Source: Lingula anatina
Taxonomy: Eukaryota > Animalia > Brachiopoda
Direction: 5' to 3'
NCBI GenBank assembly: GCA_051362555.1
Contig: CM120640.1
Coordinates: forward strand, 48,896,788-48,960,787
DNA: 64,000 nucleotides
Shown: piece by piece, positions 61,601 to 64,000 of the stretch
Layout: every line of letters begins with the position of its first letter
Position numbering within the stretch: position 1 is the stretch's first letter
Notes under the pieces: model-generated
The model's database searches: none
Seen by the model: the letters and a program-made list of their open reading frames with translations, nothing else
Told to the model about the DNA's origin: nothing
Program-made: the position numbers and the translations under genes

Positions 61601-63194
61601 ACGGAAAGCGTACTGATGCAACCATTACTTCCCAAAGTGCTAACAACTTCAATGATGCATAGTTATTGCAATACCAAACATGGGGGAAACTGCCTGTCCG
61701 ACAGGTGGTGACTGCCTGAAACGTCAGAGGACCTGCAAGATTTTTGATATCGCAGGTCTTCTGGATTGGCAAGATCTGTGACAATACAATACATAAAAAT
61801 AAATCACATGCAAAAGTAGACTAACGGGAATAAAATACTTAGTTCAGACCAGCACAGAATTGGGAGGACCTGCAGATTTCTTGTAGTGCAGGTCCTGGTT
61901 TCCACGTCTCCAATTTTTCCCCATGGCTGTTCAATACAATGAGCAGTAGCACTTGTACGCAACAAAGCATGGAACAGGTCCATAAAAACTGTAAATTTAA
62001 ATTCCTTTAACTGTAGCTAAGAACGATATGGTTTTAATTTTTGAAAAGTCAATTTCAGCTCTCTATAATCTACTTCCGATGTCGACACTTCCGATGTTTT
62101 ATTATCAGTTTTATTACACACCCTTTCAGAGAAAGAAGTATGATATTGTTCCAGATCATTACATTTCACCGCTAAGCAGACCACGCGTAGGGGACAATCT
62201 ACAAATTCAAGATATTCAATTATAGATGCTTTTCTAGAACAAGTCGAGCGTATTATTAAGATAAACTTTGAGCAAATGCTTCATAATACAGAGAAAACAA
62301 GGCTCTTGTTAACAGAGAGTACATTGTACGCTAGGGGTGTATTAGCGACAAAGCTGGTTTACGTAATACCGACTGTCGTTATGGTGTTATCATGTTCATA
62401 ATACGATATACATGGTTAATATTAAACAGGGAATTTCAATTTCTGTTTTCTGCAGATCAAATTGAAAATGATTATTTTAAAATCCTATCCTGGGGGTACG
62501 GTGTTCATATCCTATAAGAATTGGATTTAGAGTGAAGGGGAAATCTAAAGGCATGTCTGCGTATGTCTGCGTTCATGGGTCAGATTTCTTAACCCACTGT
62601 AGTGTATAAGTCAGTGAATATTAAGATCTCTTTGTTTTCTATTATCACAGATTGTCACGTAGATACGAAGACTGCCGTTATATTTACATGGTAACCAAAT
62701 GTTATAAATTCCGTATTATCGAAACTTATTCAAAGTGAAAATAATTTTGAGAGTAACTGCATATTCAGTAATTTAATCAAAATGAGCTCAATTTCGACAG
62801 CAAAACGGATGGAAAAATATCTAGTTTGACGAATGGGTGTATATGAATAAAAAGAAGATATATACGTCTAAAAAAGAGCATATTACCATCATCAGCACAA
62901 CTTTATGTGCATGGTTGGACATGTGCATGGTTAGACACCCATTTCAGACACATTGGGAAATCGTTAGGGTTCGCTACAGGCTTGAGAGCATGCTTGTAGA
63001 TATAAAAAAAACCCATCGAATACGGCGTATTGTGTTGAAAATAATATTTCTGAAAACCTTTTATTCAGAGTTTTCACTTACCCTGATTCTTTTTTCGGTG
63101 ATTGATTATCATACGCTTGAGCATGGATTTGAGGAAGGCGGAAATCACCCTCGTCTTCTTCCTCACTTCCTCTTCTACGCGGTCTCTTAGCCAT
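54632..63194 (-). CDS. Uncharacterised multi-exon protein (disordered basic N-part, charged helical/coiled-coil segment, acidic tail). Firm exons 58572-58423, 57206-57089, 56891-55825, 55134-55063, 54837-54632; probable upstream exons 59214-~59076, 59992-~59875 and/or 63194-63082
   Basis: The last five exons have canonical GT-AG and matching phases, include a 1067-nt open exon and end ...DDDDDDVDETRKEDPTLV*. 63194-63082 is ATG-initiated with a GTAAGT donor. 5' structure uncertain. Confidence 0.65.
55370..55783 (+). mobile_element. Degenerate 5'-truncated RTE-clade LINE 3' end
   Basis: Decayed translation TWTIN..LEATEMKYLRRLLRIS*TERKTNKEV..RSLMKTIRKSQMKSLGH..SRGRQ..YIDSL..ENRENWSSIIVDAC matches the RTE ORF C-terminus; (AGA)n tail. 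Confidence 0.8.
58596..58631. repeat. (ATT)n microsatellite
   Basis: Directly visible. Confidence 0.9.
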
Positions 63195-64000
63195 AATAAA
63201 CGTCCTGGATAGTCCCTATTTATCTATTTCTGGCATAATTCACTCAGTATTGTTGGGTCAGATGTTGCCGTCAGCGAGAAACGTATCTTCAAGGAGTTAA
63301 TCGGTATTTGATATAGCTCTCCACTTAAGATACACCTTTCAATGCAGTTTGGGTTCAGTTAATCCATAGCATGTGCAAACACTTCTGGACACACATACAC
63401 GTGTGTATAGTTGCTATGTGACCTGCGTCCAAAACAAAGGTCACCTTCAGGTGTACCGCCTGAGTGATTAAGTCACCTGTAAAGAGATTTCACCGGTTCT
63501 CGCTTCTTACTCGCTGTCATCTGTAAATATTCTCGCCGCCTTAACGCGTAGTAGCGACTCTTGAGTAAAGAGCACAAATTCTGAGCAAATCTTTAAGAAA
63601 GATGGCCGCGCTGTTTATCTCTCATCTGTTCAAACTTTTTATTCGTTGCCACCCGCTTTAAGTTAACCTTGTTTTGGTGTTTATAAAGGAAGCTTATTGT
63701 CCTTCTCAAAACAGACATTTGATTCGTTTGAGCCCTTGACTGCGAGGGAACAAAGGAGGGTAAAGGCGTGCCGAAAATTTTACTAAAAAATATAACACAG
63801 TGTCCATTTTCTTTTAACATTCCATTAAATATTTACTGTTATGAAAAAGTAAAAAATTAAAACACTTTAGACAACGGATTGAAAGAAAGCGATTTAAAAA
63901 GAAACGGTAGTTTTTATCCTTCTCTCCCTAAGGAAGCGCGTTCTTGTCGTAAATTGAAAGGATATAACAGCGTTGTTGGCTCCTCTGTGAATGCACCCAT

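Overview
AT-rich, intron-containing animal (probably marine invertebrate) genomic DNA; no prokaryotic operon structure. Gene models built by hand from GT-AG junctions and frame continuity: (1) 5'-incomplete, 12-exon single-domain phospholipase B1-like GDSL lipase (+, 115-7190); (2) a 4-exon, ~741-aa type I membrane carboxylesterase-fold protein lacking the catalytic Ser (GQGAG), with a TM helix and a C-terminal PDZ ligand, i.e. neuroligin-like (-, 23514-9296), with candidate 6-27-nt microexons; (3) an intronless 485-aa ORF with the motifs of prokaryote/giant-virus-type amino-(N4-C/N6-A) DNA methyltransferases plus an NLS-like patch (+, 29443-30900), the most unusual object here; (4,5) two tandem paralogous secreted proteins made of 4-Cys modules and Pro/Thr linkers (+, 34708-36597 and 40258-41067); (6) a 12-exon SLC22 transporter (-, 50858-44805) with a junction that makes a TGA if the nearest CAG acceptor is used; (7) tRNA-Lys(CTT); (8) an uncharacterised multi-exon basic/coiled-coil protein (-, ~63194/59992-54632). 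Repeats include a TWA-targeting (PIF/Harbinger-type) MITE family in tandem and nested clusters, a Helentron-type HINE, a truncated RTE LINE and microsatellites. Family assignments rest on motif recognition only; no database searches were run.
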